Origin: Octopus vulgaris
Lineage: Eukaryota
Reading direction: 5' to 3'
Assembly: GCA_951406725.2 (NCBI GenBank)
Contig: OX597818.1
Location: 53,320,001-53,384,000 of the forward strand
DNA: 64,000 nucleotides
The notes under the pieces were generated by a model, which did no database searches, was not told the DNA's origin, and was given only the letters and a program-made list of their open reading frames with translations. Shown here one piece after another: positions 40,595-55,480 of the stretch. How positions within the stretch are numbered: position 1 is the first letter of the stretch; the number at the start of each line of letters is the position of its first letter. Both the position numbers and the translations under genes were made by a program.

Positions 40595-41015
40595 AAGTGC
40601 AGGAGTGGCTGTGTGGTAAGTAGCTTGCTTACCAGCCACATGGTTCCGGGTTCAGTCCCACTGCGTGGCACCTTGGGCAAATGTCTTCTACTATAGCTTC
40701 GGGCCGACCAAAGCCTTGTGAGTGGATTTGGTAGACGGAAACTGAAAGAAGCCCGTCGTATATACGCATATATATATATGTGTGTGTGTCTGTTTATGTT
40801 TGTGTGTCTGTTTGTCCCTAACAACGCTTGACCACCGATGCTGGTGTGTTCACGTCCCCGTAAATTACCGGTTCGGCAAAAGAGATCGATAGAATAAGTA
40901 CTAGGCTTACAAAGAATAAGTTCTGGGGTCGATTTCTTCGACTAAAGGCGGTGCTCCAGCATGGCCGCAGTCAAATGACTGAAACAAGTAAAAGAGTAAA
41001 AGAAAGAGTAAAGAG
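40595..41015 (+). mobile_element. SINE family C
   Basis: Matches 6833-7260. Confidence 0.85.
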
Positions 41016-41799
41016 TATATCGTTGTGAATTAATTGTTTTGCTTTAGGACTCAATCAAAGAACAGACTCCTAAACGAAACGTGAGACAATATGAAATCAG
41101 TATTGTCTCGATTACTAAAGGCAAATATTCTATACTACTCTCAGCCTTCAATTGCGTGCTGACCATGTCCATTCGGTCAGATGTAATCCAACAAGTCAAT
41201 ACGGACTGTTCTTGTTGCTATTGCTGTGTTTGTGAATGTGTATCCGTTGGTTTCATCATCATTTTTCTTTCTTGTTTATCACTTTTAAAAAAATCTGTTT
41301 ACCTATTCGAAAATTTATTTAATTTTCTAGTATTCGGAAATTATCGATTCACCTACCCACTTGTTTTAGCAGGTTAATATCCTTTGTGGTTAGATCTCTT
41401 CCAGTTCTCCCCATAATGAAAAAATAAACCATAATCAACTGTAAACATAAGAAACTTTATTTTTTTTAGGAAAAACTAAAATGTCTAAAACACGCACTTT
41501 TTTCTTTTTGCCTAACCTAGATATTGCAGTAGACTTCCACACGTTCCAAAATCCCGTCTAAGCAAATTTAAAAAGAGCAGTTTGAAAAACGCGGGAGTTC
41601 GGTAAAGTGGAAGATCATAGCTCATGAAAACGAGATATATTATACAGTTATCAGGAGACATTCCCTTTACTGCTAGTTTTTGACAGCAATATTTGAACGA
41701 TTTTCCTTGACTCCTGTCTATGTGTACTGCCTTGTCCCTAAAGTATGACCACTTAGCCATTTTCTGAATCCATTTCTGGTATATATTTTTCACCATTAT

Positions 41800-42215
41800 A
41801 AGGTAACGAGCTGGCAGAAACGCTAGTATGCCGGGCGAAATGCTTAGCTGTATTTTGTCTGTCGTTACGTTCTGAGTTCAAATTCCGCCGAGGTCGACTT
41901 TGCCTTTCATCCTTTCGGGGTCGATAAATTAAATACCAGTTACGCACTGGGGTCGATGTAATCGACTTTATCCCTTTGTCTGTCCTTGTTTGTCCCCTCT
42001 GTGTTTAGCCCCTTGTGGGTAGTAAAGAAATAGGTATTTCGTCTGCCGTTACGTTCTGAGTTCAAATTCCGCCGAGGTCGACTTTGCCTTTCATCCTTTC
42101 GAAGTCGATAAATTAAGTACCAGTTATGCACTGGGGTCGATATAATTGACTTAATCCGTTTGTCTATCCTTGTTTGTCCCCTCTATGTTTAGCCCCTTGT
42201 GGGTAGTAAAGATAT
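41800..42215 (+). mobile_element. SINE family A dimer with TSD
   Basis: Junction GAAATAGGTATTTC at ~42027; flanking direct repeat TATATATTTTTCACCATTA. Confidence 0.85.
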
Positions 42216-42783
42216 ATATATATTTTTCACCATTACTCTTCTTCTGGCATTTTATAATGATGTGAATAATGTTTAACATTAGCAGTCGACTGAAATTGTT
42301 GGCGTCTCTCCTTCATAATGTTTTCTTTATATTCAGGTGGAGTAGTTAAGTCGAGATTGAATGAAATATGGATGTAATTAACAGATATTATTAACACTAA
42401 TGAGTGTCATCTAAAGGTGAATGCAAAGCCCTGATGTCAGTGAACGCGAATGTTGATAATAAATTATAAACACTTGTTATATTATGGATGTTGTAATCCT
42501 CTATAGCGAAAATCTGAATTTATTTGTCACCATAGAGAGAATATTTACGTCTGGTTGAAACGATGTGTTTTAGCCGCAAATTTTATTATTTTATCACACA
42601 ACACACGCAAAGATACACACGTATAGATTCAAGCTTACACACAGATACATCTATACAGTCAAATACACACACATACACACACACACACACATACACACAT
42701 ACACGCGCGCACGCTTCAAGACGTATGCATTAATGCATGTTCGTTTATATATACGCACGTCAACATGCATTAATTCACACACG

Positions 42784-42833
<50 letters not shown>

Positions 42834-42955
42834 AATCAACACATGCATGTATCACATACACATATCCACGCATATAAATCAAGAAATGCGCATCACTATA
42901 TATATACATATATATATGCCAACAGCTTTTGTTATATATATATATATATATATAT

Positions 42956-43000
<45 letters not shown>

Positions 43001-44056
43001 GGAGGGAGACAGCGACAGACAGACAGACAGACAGACAGATTGACAGGCTGGTAGGTATGTAGGTAGGTAGCAGACATGAAGACATGCATAGGGGCAGACG
43101 GAAACAGCCATATTGCAGGAAGGGAAGCCAGTTGTACTGCAAAGTGACCAGAAATAGCCAGGCTAGCAATAATATGGATGAAAGGACAAAGGAAACTGCT
43201 GACAATGAGCAAGACCAATAAATCAACATTGTTGCTGTGGTTTAGCCCTAGGCCATTACTTATTAAACAGACCTACGATGAGAAGCAGTCCAATAATGAT
43301 CATCCCGGTTATTTTCGCTGTATACTGGGAACCCCAAACCATACCAAGCATGTATTTTGGGGTTTTTTTTAGATGTAAGAATGAGATTTGTAAAAGATTT
43401 TGGGTGGCATTTGTTGTACGTTTCATGGCCATATTGCGGTACGTTTGTTGTTGGTTCGGAAAATCAGGGTATCTTAAATGGAATAATAAAAGTCGATGGA
43501 GTTTGTAAAGCTAGGAACGGTTTGGGTTGACAAAAACTGAATTGTAAATACAAGCATAAGGTATATGCTTTGCTGATCTAGCCTACGATTTGACAAAAAG
43601 ACATAGAATATGAGTTAATCTTTACTCTTTTACTTGTTTTAGTCATTGGATTGCGGGCATGCTGGAGCACCGCCTTTTAGTCGAGCAAATCAACCCCAGG
43701 ACTTATTCTTTGTAGGCCTACTACTTAGTCTATCGGTCTCTAATGCCGAACCGCTAAATTACGGGGACTTAAACACACCACCATGGGTGGTCAAGTGATG
43801 TTAAATATATATATTTAAATAGGTGAATGAATTATCCTATGTTTATCGTCAGCATGGAAAATTCGTTGAACCGAAACCAGGGTAGCAAATTCACGTCAGA
43901 AACACGGTTGAAGCGACCTGTCCAAGGGTAGAAACTCCGGGTTCATGTGCAGAAATTTGTGTGTTGTATATGAATAAATGAAAGAAAGGTTCTTTTAACA
44001 TACCGAACTACTTGGTAAAATTATTAATTATTAATTGATTAATTAATTTTATCCTT

Positions 44057-44101
<45 letters not shown>

Positions 44102-44249
44102 TGTGTATGCATGATTGGGTTCATGCTTTGATAAGGATGCGTAAATTTTTGTGTGTGAAAGTGAGTGACTGATGTTGTGTATGCATATGAATGACCGTGT
44201 GTTTAGATATGTGGGTACGCACGAGGATGCGTGTGTATGTATATATATG

Positions 44250-44633
44250 TGGAGGCGCAATGGCCCAGTGGTTAGGGCAGCGGACTCGCGGTCATAGGAT
44301 CGCGGTTTCGATTCCCAGACCGGGCGTTGTGAGTGTTTATTGAGCGAAAGCACCTAAAAGCTCCACGAGGCTCCGGTAGGGGATGGTGGTGATCCCTGCT
44401 GTACTCTTTCACCACAACTTTCTCTCACTCTTACTTCCTGTTTCTGTTGTACCTGTATTTCAAAGAGCCGACCTTGTCACTCTCTGTGTCACGCTGAATA
44501 TCCCCGAGAACTACGTTAAAGGTGCACGTGTCTGTGGAGTGCTCAGCCACTTACACGTTAATTTCACGAGCAGGCTGTTCCGTTGATTCGGATCAACCGG
44601 AACCCTCATCGTCGTAACCGACGGAGTGCTTCC
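44250..44633 (+). mobile_element. SINE family B
   Basis: Matches 2598-2980. Confidence 0.85.
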
Positions 44634-45619
44634 ATCATGTATATATATATATTTCTTTATTGCCTATAAGGGGCTAAACATAGAGGAGACAAACAAGGAC
44701 AGACAAACGGATTAAGCCGTAACTGGTACTTAATTAATCGACCGCGAAAGGATGAAAGGCAAAGTCGACCTCGGCGGAATTTGAACTCAGAACGTAGCGG
44801 CAGACGAAATACTGCTAAGCATTTCGCCCGGCCGGCGTGCTAACGTTTCTGCCAGCTCGCCGTATGTATATATGTTTCCTTGCTCATTCATGCAGGTGTG
44901 TAAGTATATGGGTATGTATGTGTACGTACGAGCATATACATATGAGTGCGTTTGAGCGAAGATAAGTCTGTGAGTGAAAGCGTGTGTGTGTATGTGTGTG
45001 AGGTGTTTCTGCAAACAGAAGAGGAAGGAACAGAATGAGAAGGATTAGTATATGCATGTGTATGTTCTTATGTGTGTTTGTGTATGTGTGTCTGAGGTAG
45101 AAGAAGAGACAGGAAGATGGAGATTAATTCATGAAGCGAACTTGTAAGGAGGAGGAGGAGGAGGAAGGGAAGAAGAAGGATGATGGAGAAGAGGAAGTGA
45201 CAGAAAAAAAGGGGATAGAACAAGGGTGCAGGGGTTGGGTGGGTGGGTGCGACTGAAAGATTCAGATGAAAAAAGATGGATTATTAATGTATGTGCGCTA
45301 AACAAACATTAATAATTCAAACCAAACATAAACTGCACCATCGTCCCCTAATCTAGGAGAGAAAGCTATGGACATTGACCCCCACATTAGACGGATTTAA
45401 AACGCTGCATTGATGGGTATATATGTATATGTGCGTTTGTGTGCGTCTGTGTATGTGTGCGTGTGTGTGTGCGTGTGTGTGTGTGTATGTGTGTGTGTGT
45501 ATTTGCAATCATGTATGCATTCATTTATGCGCGTATTTTTCTTTGATTTTAGTGTATGTATGCGTATGCAGAAATGTGGAGAGGCAATCATGCGTATGCA
45601 CATTTATCCATATATGTGT

Positions 45620-45674
45620 GCATAGAACCTCATACACAAATATATATGCATATACATATATATATATATGCATA

Positions 45675-45714
<40 letters not shown>

Positions 45715-45818
45715 TATATATACATATATGCATATATATATATATGATTATATATACTTATATACATATATATATATATACATATATGATTATATATATA
45801 CATATATACATATACATG

Positions 45819-45859
<41 letters not shown>

Positions 45860-45901
45860 TATATACATATGCATGCACACACATATTTGTATGTATGAAT
45901 G

Positions 45902-45983
<82 letters not shown>

Positions 45984-46005
45984 ACACATATATATACACA
46001 CATAC
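45620..46005. repeat. (TA)n/(CA)n compound microsatellite
   Basis: Directly visible. Confidence 0.9.
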
Positions 46006-46544
46006 AGTCTTATCTTCCTGCGCAGCTTTTCCATCACGTCTGCTTGTTTGCTTTCCAAAATCTTTCGTTTAATGCCTTCTGTAAGATCTTCTCGCGTGTG
46101 TGTGTACATGTGTGTATGTGTCTGTGTCTGTGTGTGTGTGTACGCGTGAGGAAATCGTGTTAGTTTGTAACTATATGTGCTTATACAAGCATATTTGTGC
46201 TTACAAGTGTGTCTATGTGTTCATGTGTGTGTGTGACTTTAAGATTGAAATTTAAGATAGCATTAAATTCTAATCTTTATCAGAAAAGATACCAGATCCA
46301 GCAGGTTAAATATCTGTGATCTCTATGCTCGGTATCAGCACAGTTCAGCAAACGTGTGATATTTAGAAGTCAGAAATAAGGAAGTCTTTACAGATTATTT
46401 AGATAGAAATCAAATGTGTAAAAATACATAAAATAAAATAAATTTTTAAGTTTAAAAAAATGGCGTCCTTCGTGTGAGAGTCGTCGAGATATGGTGTGAT
46501 ACAGTGCGAAATGTAAACGTTACTAGACCACAGATGGAGTAAAC

Positions 46545-47150
46545 CTATTTCTGTATTACCCACAAGGGGCTAAACATAGAGGGGACAAACAAGGACAGAC
46601 ATAAGTATTAAGTCGATTACATCGACCCCAGTGCGTAACTGGTACTTATTTAATCGACCCCGGAAGGATGAAAGGCAAAGTCGACCTCGGCGGAATTTGA
46701 ACTCAGAACGTAACGACAGACGAAATACCGCTAAGCATTTCGCCCGGCGTGCTAACGTTTCTGGCAGCTCGCCGCCTTATAATGGAGTAAACCAGATGGA
46801 GTAAACCAATGAGGGAGTCAAGCCCCTACAGGGTTACTCGATTTGCAAGAATTAATAGCTCAATCTCCTTGAAAATTATCGTCGTCTCATTCTTTCCATG
46901 AGAATGTCAAATGCTCGGTGTTGTCTAGCTGGCAGAAACGTTAGCACGCCGGGCGAAATGCGTAGCCATATTTCGTCTGCCGTTACGTTCTGAGTTAAAA
47001 TTCCGCCTAGGTCGACTTTGCCTTTCATCCTTTAGGGGTCGATAAAATTAAGTACCAGTTACGCACTGGGGTCGATGTAATCAACTTAATACCTTTGTCT
47101 GTCCTTGTTTGTCTCCTCTAGGTTTAGCCCCCTGTGGGTAATAAAGAAAC
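46545..47150. mobile_element. Head-to-head pair of SINE family A copies
   Basis: Minus copy 46545-46779 and plus copy 46926-47150. Confidence 0.8.
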
Positions 47151-47732
47151 ATAGAAACATATCTATCTATCTATTTATCTTTCTCTCTCTCTTTCTTTCT
47201 TTCTTTCTTGATTTTTGTTTCTTTGACAGCTAAAATTATCAGCGTAAATATCTACCCGCCAAGCATCTGTCACAGTTCTTTTACACATCATTACCACATT
47301 TCAACCAGCCGACCAACCAGCCAGTAAGATATCGATTTAAAATAACTGACTGACCGTTTGACTACCAATCCATCCATCCATGTATCTGTCTTTTTTCCTC
47401 TACCCCCTCGCTCTTTCACACATAGCCGCGCATATATATCTACATGTGTCTGTGTGTGTGTTTGTGTGTGTATGTATATGCGTGCATGTGTGTGTGTATC
47501 TGTAGAATCTCAATATTCCTTAGGCTGTAGCTTGTAACAGTCTATCTAACGGGAGTTATATAATGCAACAGTTTACTAACTTCCCAGAGAGCAATATTCT
47601 CGATGCGATTTCAATTCATGGTTTGAAGCCATTTCTCTTACGTCACGATTGTCCTTAGGGAAGCCGTGAAAGTAGAACACCACATTTCCCTGCATCTAAA
47701 GTCGAGGGTATTTTTATACGATCAAACACAAC

Positions 47733-48183
<451 letters not shown>

Positions 48184-48357
48184 CATGTTTAACCAATTTG
48201 CCAATCAGTCAACCAGTTATTACACTGTACCTGCAAATCTCCAATTGCTGGTTCATATTATCTCACATCTGGTTTATCAATTGATATTACCCCCACCTTT
48301 TTTTTTTTTTTTGAAAAAGGTCTTGTCAGAGTAGTACACAGAAATGTTCTTCTCTCA

Positions 48358-48410
<53 letters not shown>

Positions 48411-48602
48411 TATACATGGCGAGTTTGAATATATTTCTTCTGGCTTCCGTTATATAATCACTTTCCTACGTTGTTTGCACTCGCTTAACTTTAGATATAG
48501 AAAACAGATTCTGCTCTCCGGAAGATTATGACTTATTTGTCAGTGGGATTGTGGAGCAGCTGGATAATACAAAATACATTTTCTAAGTATAGACTTTGTT
48601 TT

Positions 48603-48981
48603 TGGAAGCACTCCGTCGGTTACGACGACGAAGGTTCCGGTTGATCCGAATCAACGGAACAGCCTGCTCGCGAAATTAACGTGTAAGTGGCTGAGCACTC
48701 CACAGACACGTGTACCCTTAACGTAGTTCTCGGGGTGATTCAGCGTGACACAGAGAGTGACAAGGCCAGCCCCTTTGAAATACAAGGTACAACAGAAACA
48801 GGAAGTAAGAGTGAGAGAGAGAAAGTTGTGGTGAAAGAGTACAGCAAGGATCACCACCATCCCCTGTCGGAGCCTCGTGGAGCTTTTAGGTGTTTTCGCT
48901 CAATAAACACTCACAACGCCCGGTCTGGGAATCGAAACCGCGATCCTATGACCGCGAGTCCGCTGCCCTAACCACTGGGCC
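48603..48981 (-). mobile_element. SINE family B
   Basis: Reverse complement of 2598-2980, flanked by direct repeat ATAGACTTTGT. An older copy lies at ~20397-20690. Confidence 0.85.
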
Positions 48982-49373
48982 ATAGACTTTGTAATGCTAC
49001 AGACAATACGCTTTAACATTCCTTTTTACTTTAACAATGTTTTTTACACACACACTCTCAACCTATAAATCTATTTCTTTACCCTGTCTTTTATTTCTTT
49101 ATTTTCTACGTTCGTGTTTGCTTTAAAACACTTTTATCTTTGACATCATATGCAGTAGAGTTTGGTTGAGATGGTTTCACATCTCAATTACAATTCCTTC
49201 CTTTTTTTATTCTAGAAGCAAAAATAAGGCAACATGTTGGAAGAATCGTTAAGACGCCGGAGAAAATGCTTAACAGCATTTCATCCGGCTCTACATTCTG
49301 TGTTCAAATGATTTCGTGGTCGATAAAATAAATGCCTACAGATTATTTAGATAGAAATCAAATGTGTAAAAAT

Positions 49374-50003
49374 ACTCAGAACGTAGCGGCAGACGAAATA
49401 CCTATTTCTTTATTGCCCACAAGAGGCTAAACATAGAGAGGACAATCAAAGACATACAAACGGATTAAGTCGATTATATCGACCCCAGTGCGTAACTGGT
49501 ACTTATTTTATCGACCTCGAAAGGAATAAAGGTAAAGTCGACCTCGGCGGAATTTGAACTCAGAACGTAGCGGCAGACGAAATACCTATTTCTTTATTGC
49601 CCACAAGGGGCTAAACATAGAGAGGACAAACAAGGACAGACAAACGGATTAAGTCGATTATATCGACCCCAGTGCGTAACTGGTACTTATTTTATCGACC
49701 CCGAAAGGAATAAAGGTAAAGTCGACCTCGGCGGAATTTGAACTCAGAACGTAACCGCAGACGAAATACCTATTTCTTTACTACCCACAAGGGGCTAAAC
49801 ATAGAGAGGACAATCAAGGACAGACAAACGGATTAAGTCGATTATATCGACCCCAGTGCGTAACTGGTACTTATTTAATCGACCCCGAAAGGATGAAAGG
49901 CAAATTCGCCCTCGGCGGAATTTGAACTCAGAACGTAACGGCAGACGAAATATCACTAAGCATTTCGCCCGGCGTGCTAACGATTCTGCCAGCTCGCCGC
50001 CTT
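49374..50003 (-). mobile_element. SINE family A tandem multimer (three units plus a partial unit)
   Basis: Junctions at 49401, 49585 and 49769, an exact 184 bp period. Confidence 0.88.
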
Positions 50004-51129
50004 ACGATAAAATAAATACCAGACAAGCACTGGGGTCGATATAATCGACATAGCCCCTCCCCCCAAATTGCTGGTGTTGTGCCAAAATTTGAAACCATTC
50101 TAGAGGTAAAGCTTACATCGGATGAAGGGAAGTTATTGGCCAAGGATTTGGTGCAAACGTAGCCAAAGATTCGATCTTGAGAACGTTAATAAATTAACAT
50201 GTGGTGTGATAACGACTTTAATTTTAAGTCCATACATTAGCAATTACTAATTGAATAACCTACTGATGACGGAAGGGGGCGGATTCATTGTGTCATTAAA
50301 ATCCACTTCTAAGATTAACTTTAAATTACTTTGATTCTAATCTGAATAAAACTACCCTTAGGATATTGCGCACTTAAAACCATTGAACTGAGTTGGAAGG
50401 AATCTAAGTCATTCTTACTGGGGGAGAAATATGGGAATTTAACAGGAACTTTAGTACTTAAGAATATTTCCATCGATAACGATCTTGAAATACTGGCAGC
50501 ATTTATAGCCATGAGATTAGCCGTTGGTATTTGCTAAATACTAAAGAATTTAGATATATTTGCCAGTGTCATCATTTTATGATTTAGCAATTTAAATATC
50601 CACAATTTCATATTATTTTCCTCATTTGAAAGAAGACAGAAAGCGATCGATATTTCAATATTTTCACTCTCTTTAAATAGTGCATATCGTTGAATGTACA
50701 AATTATCAAATGCAATACAAAACTAATTATTTTCTTCATGTGAATTTCTGGAGAACAACAATTCGCGAAATGAAATTTTGATATTAGCTATTTTACGAAA
50801 CTTGAAATCTAGCAATAACTAGTTTATTAATTGACACAATATTTTGCATTTAAAATACGCATAATGTCAATAATATCATTGGCCTGCTCATATAACTGCA
50901 CTATTGCAGTTGTAAAGCTTTCTTTTAATGAGTCTGTGGTCTCCTTTCAAAACAAGTGATATATTAATATCTTTCAGGGGAATTCTGATTATTAAACTAG
51001 AAAAAGATAATCCCTCAAATAATTTAAGAGAAGCCACTCTGTCAATCACTGTCATGATTTTATCCCATTTAAATTCATTTTGACTTATAATTAGCAACAT
51101 ATAATTATAGACAATCCTAATTTCTTATT

Positions 51130-51650
51130 TTAATAGGATGCGGTGAAAAGAGGAAAGAGCGTTCAGGGTTTTTACAGGGGCTTCAACATCGTTAAGGTCA
51201 ATGTGATTTATATATTGTTTGACTGTTCTTTGATTGAAGATTAGAGAAGAAACAAGGGTGAGGAGAGAATTTCAGAATTGGGGGAAGGTGTTTCGTTCGA
51301 AATCTCAGATGTGAGACATAGGGGGGAGGATAAAAGAAGATTAAACAGGCGTATCAGGTGAGCTTAGGCGGAGGTGGAACGTAGCTTGCTATTAGTAGGT
51401 AAGATAAAATAAACATTTAGTGTGTGGACTTGTATTAGTAGTACAGTGATCAGTGGGTATTTTATCAATCAAACGGATAACCTATTTTTTTAAAAGTGAT
51501 TTTATGTGTGGAAGAAACAGCCATTATAAATATATGCAGTACTCTGATGTAGGTCAAAGTTAAGCTTTGTAGGGTTTCAGCAACTTATCAAAATTGAAGT
51601 ATTTTATAGGTCTAAAAGAAAGAGGAATCGTAGCATGAAAGAAGTAGGCT
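51130..51650 (-). mobile_element. Highly decayed CR1/Crack-like LINE RT C-terminus
   Basis: Stop-ridden minus-strand peptides resembling LYKAQIRPTLEYC...IRLI. A similar remnant lies at ~8340-8700. Confidence 0.3.
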
Positions 51651-54031
51651 TAGCATTCTCATATATATATATATAAGGTTCCACTGAGAGACTATCAAAG
51701 AGTGTAGATACATTATATATAACGAATTTTTGTGGGCTTCGTTGTAGGAAGCGTGTTAGTGGAAACCCTGTTTTTAACCCTTTACCTGTCATGTATGACA
51801 CACATTTCCAGTTTTTGTCAACCATCAGAGTAACTTGGGACTTACAAAAGAATGTAAAAAAGAAGGGCTAACGAAAAGTCTGAAAATAAGAATGGACTTT
51901 TAAGACAAACTTCTGAAAATATTTTGGACAGGCAAAGGGTTAATATGTATAGTGGGAATACGCTAGATAATTATGTGCCCATTGAAGGATGTTTTTCAGG
52001 TCTTGATTCAAAGAAACACGGCAGCTATATAGATCGTATGTGGATGGCATTTGTGCATAGAAAGCTAAAGAAGAGCGAAGTGGGGATTGTAACATCTGTA
52101 TAGAAGGGGTTATGATTAAAAGTAAAAGGAAATAGGCCTTTACTGTTTAGAATGAGAGGTGTATGTGGAGATATAACCAGGGTTGATATATGTCAGAGTC
52201 TTATCAGCAGAGGCTCTGGAATCGGAAATATTGGAAATCTTTGTGGTTAAACTTCAAAATCCAGGTGAGAGAGGTGAGTGGCATGCTGGTATGTAAGGAA
52301 ATCACAAAATAGACTTCTCAATAAAGAGAAAAAAATCTGAAATATAAAGTGTTGCTTAGACAGGAGTGAGAGGTTAGAGATTTAAAATGTCGAATAAGGC
52401 ATGGAGTTTGAGTTCAAGTCGAACTCATGCTGTGGATCAAAATACACAGACAAAACTTTGGGGTAAAAGAAATAATCAGTGAGATATTTCTCGTACTTCT
52501 TTTTATTGATTTGTTATGACTTACAATTGTCACGATTAAACAAGTATTACGGTTACGGCTTGTTCCATAAGTCATCAATAATACCATAAACCAATGTCCT
52601 GCCACTTTGAAAAACATGTGGTATTTTCCAGAGTCAAACCAACTATAAATGCATAAAACAGTTTTATAGATTCTAAGAAAAGATATCCAAGTAAAGGATT
52701 AAAGTTCTCAGAAGCCCAGTTTTCCAGTTCACAGAAAAAACGGTCAAGGTAGTAGCAAAGATGGGGGTAAGAAATGCTAGAGCGGTCCGCCCTGAGCGAC
52801 TCTTTTGGGTCTACTATATACGACTTATAAAGAGGGAGCCGTTGGCGGCAAACTCAAGGGTTGCCCCAGCGGCACATACACTAGCTGTGATACCATTGAC
52901 GACTTCTTCAACAAATAAACATCAACTTCAAAATAATTTCTGATGACAATAAAAACCTTGCGTTTACCCCTTCCCTTTACCTTTATTATCGTTTAATCGT
53001 TTAATCAAGAGAGAAGGCACATAGGGATCAGGGACCTCTGTTAAAGGTACAACATTTGAGGGCATAAGATGCACACAAAATTCAACGGTGCATATGCAAG
53101 AATTAAGATTTTAATGCATTACAGCATTTATTTAAAGCAACTTTGCAAATAGAACCTCGATCCTATAGTTTAAGTCAAATTTGGGGTAGGGTGAGCGAGT
53201 GCTTCTTATATATTATCAAATACGGTACCTAAGGCGCCAGGTAGTGGAGTTAAACGAGGCCGACTTTGCCTGTGATCCTTTCGGGGTCGATTAAATAAGT
53301 ACCAGTTATGCACTGGGGTCGATATAAACGACTTAATCCGTTTGTCTGTCCTTGTTTGTCCTCTCTGTGTTTAGCTCCTTGTAGGTAGTAAAGAAATAGG
53401 TTGTGGTGTTAAACCAGACCACGGATAGAGTCTAACACCGATTTTAATGTAGTCACTAAAATATCATTCCAGTTTCCAAATCCAGTTACCATTTAGGATA
53501 TTCTTATGTATTGTTTACATAAAAGCCTGAAGCATACAGACCTTTCAAATACTTCAATTATATTCCACACGTTATGCATACATACATATATACATACATA
53601 TATACATAAATTTTCTTGACCTCGGGTTTTTTAATGTTAAAGTACAACCGAATAAGAAAACTAATTATGTGGGTCAAGTTCAGATTCTTTAATTAGATAT
53701 TGTATTTATGATTTCATAGAAAAAATACAGACAGATGTAGGTCATCCTTATCTAAATAAACATTTGATCTATGTTACCGTTGGCTTAAAATTGCTTATTT
53801 CTTATGTTTTTCTAAAGTTACTCCAAGTGGAAAAATAAAACAAAAAGTATTCCTGTTAAAGCCTAATTCAGTTGTTTTGTTAGTTCTTTAGCCCGTTACG
53901 CCAAAAAGAGCAGTGTAGTTCAGACCATACTGGAGCACCTTCTAGAATTTCAGCAAGTAGTCGTTCTATCACAGATTGTTTTCTATGCTTTTGTTGAGGT
54001 TTACTTTAATTGTGTTGGTATATTTTTGTTG

Positions 54032-54428
54032 ACTCTCTTTTACTTGTTTCAGTCATTTGACTGTGGCCATGCTGGAGCACCGCCTTTAGTCGAGCACATC
54101 GACCCCAGGACTTATTCTTTGTAAGCCTAGTACTCATTCTATCGGTCTCTTTGTCGAGCCGCTAAATTACGGGGACCCAAACGCGCCAGCATCGGTTGTC
54201 AAGCGATGTTGCGGGGACAAACACAGACACACACATATATATATCCATACATATACATATATACGACGGGCTTCTTTCAGCTTCCGTCAACCAAATCCAC
54301 TCACAAGGTTTTGGTCGGCCCGAGGCTATAGTAGAAGACACTTGCCCAAGGTGCCACGCAGTGGATTGAACCCGGAACCATGTGGTTGGTAAGCAAGCTA
54401 CTTACCACACAGCCACTCCTACGCCTAT
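54032..54428 (-). mobile_element. SINE family C
   Basis: Reverse complement of 6833-7260. Confidence 0.85.
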
Positions 54429-54456
54429 GTATTTATTTATTTATTTATTATTATTG

Positions 54457-54687
54457 AGTAAGAGAGCAGTGCATGTCATCAAAGTGACACTGGGGTAAAA
54501 ATATACGAAGCGCAGTATACCCATCATGACTAACCGTCTGATAAGGGTACACCAGGCACATGCATCACAACCATATGTGCGCGACATGGTTATCTCATAT
54601 CAAGACAAACAGCGCATGACCTTGCAGGTGGGGCCCAGTTAGAATTTTCTTCTGCTCGAGTAGCCCATCCCGCTCAAAAAGTCCCTG
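54457..54687 (-). mobile_element. Non-coding element between TTA repeats, possibly a Dong/R4 3' UTR
   Basis: GC-richer 230 bp block bounded by (TTA)n on both sides. Family assignment rests on the target repeat only. Confidence 0.35.
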
Positions 54688-54698
54688 TTATTATTATT

Positions 54699-54754
<56 letters not shown>

Positions 54755-55420
54755 TTTTGGTTGTTCTCATTGTAGAAAACCCCGCTTATTTCTTTACGCC
54801 TGGTAGCAAATGATCCATGGGCCGGTGGTTGGGGCTCTCTTAATGTAAAGTGCATTTCAACCGAAACGATAAGGACAGTTATTATTTGGATCAGAAAATA
54901 TAACACTTCTCTTTTCCTTTGGGAAAGAAACATTTTTCTTTACAGGAAAATGAATTAATTCAGCTTAGAGAACATTTGCTGAAGTAAGCTATACAGGAAG
55001 CTATAATTATTAATTAACTTTCTTAAAAAGTCAGCTCATTTCTTTTCTCGTTTAAGACAAAATTATGATCTAAGATGATTTTTAAATGTTAATTAATCTT
55101 TTCAAATATTCATCCGGTCTTAATTATTTTGTTTGTAGTTCTCCACGCGGTCGGAGAAATAAAATGGTGTACTGTAACCCATGAAGAATTGTTTAATGCG
55201 GTGTTTGCGGAAAAGGAGTTTATGAAATGAGGAACTTCCTCATTGAAGTTGCCTTCAGAATAAAAGATTACACATCATTTGTTGCAGATATTAAGAGAGA
55301 GAGAGAGAGAGAAAGAGAGAAAGAAAGGGAGGGAGAGAGAGAGAGTCAGACAGACAGAGGTGGACAGGCTATCAATGTGTTCTACTCTTGTTTGTATAAG
55401 TCCACTGGATATTAAAGTCG

Positions 55421-55480
55421 GACAGCTGTCGTGCTGATGACGGCTTTTGCGGCAGAAGCAAACGCGTATCCACAACTGTC
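55421..55480 (+). ncRNA. Decayed hammerhead motif (G of GAAA lost)
   Basis: GACAGCTGTCGTG-CTGATGA-CG-GCTTTTG/CAGAAGC stem-AAACGCGTA-TCCACAACTGTC. Palindrome ACGCGT; outer stem GACAG/CTGTC. Confidence 0.5.
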
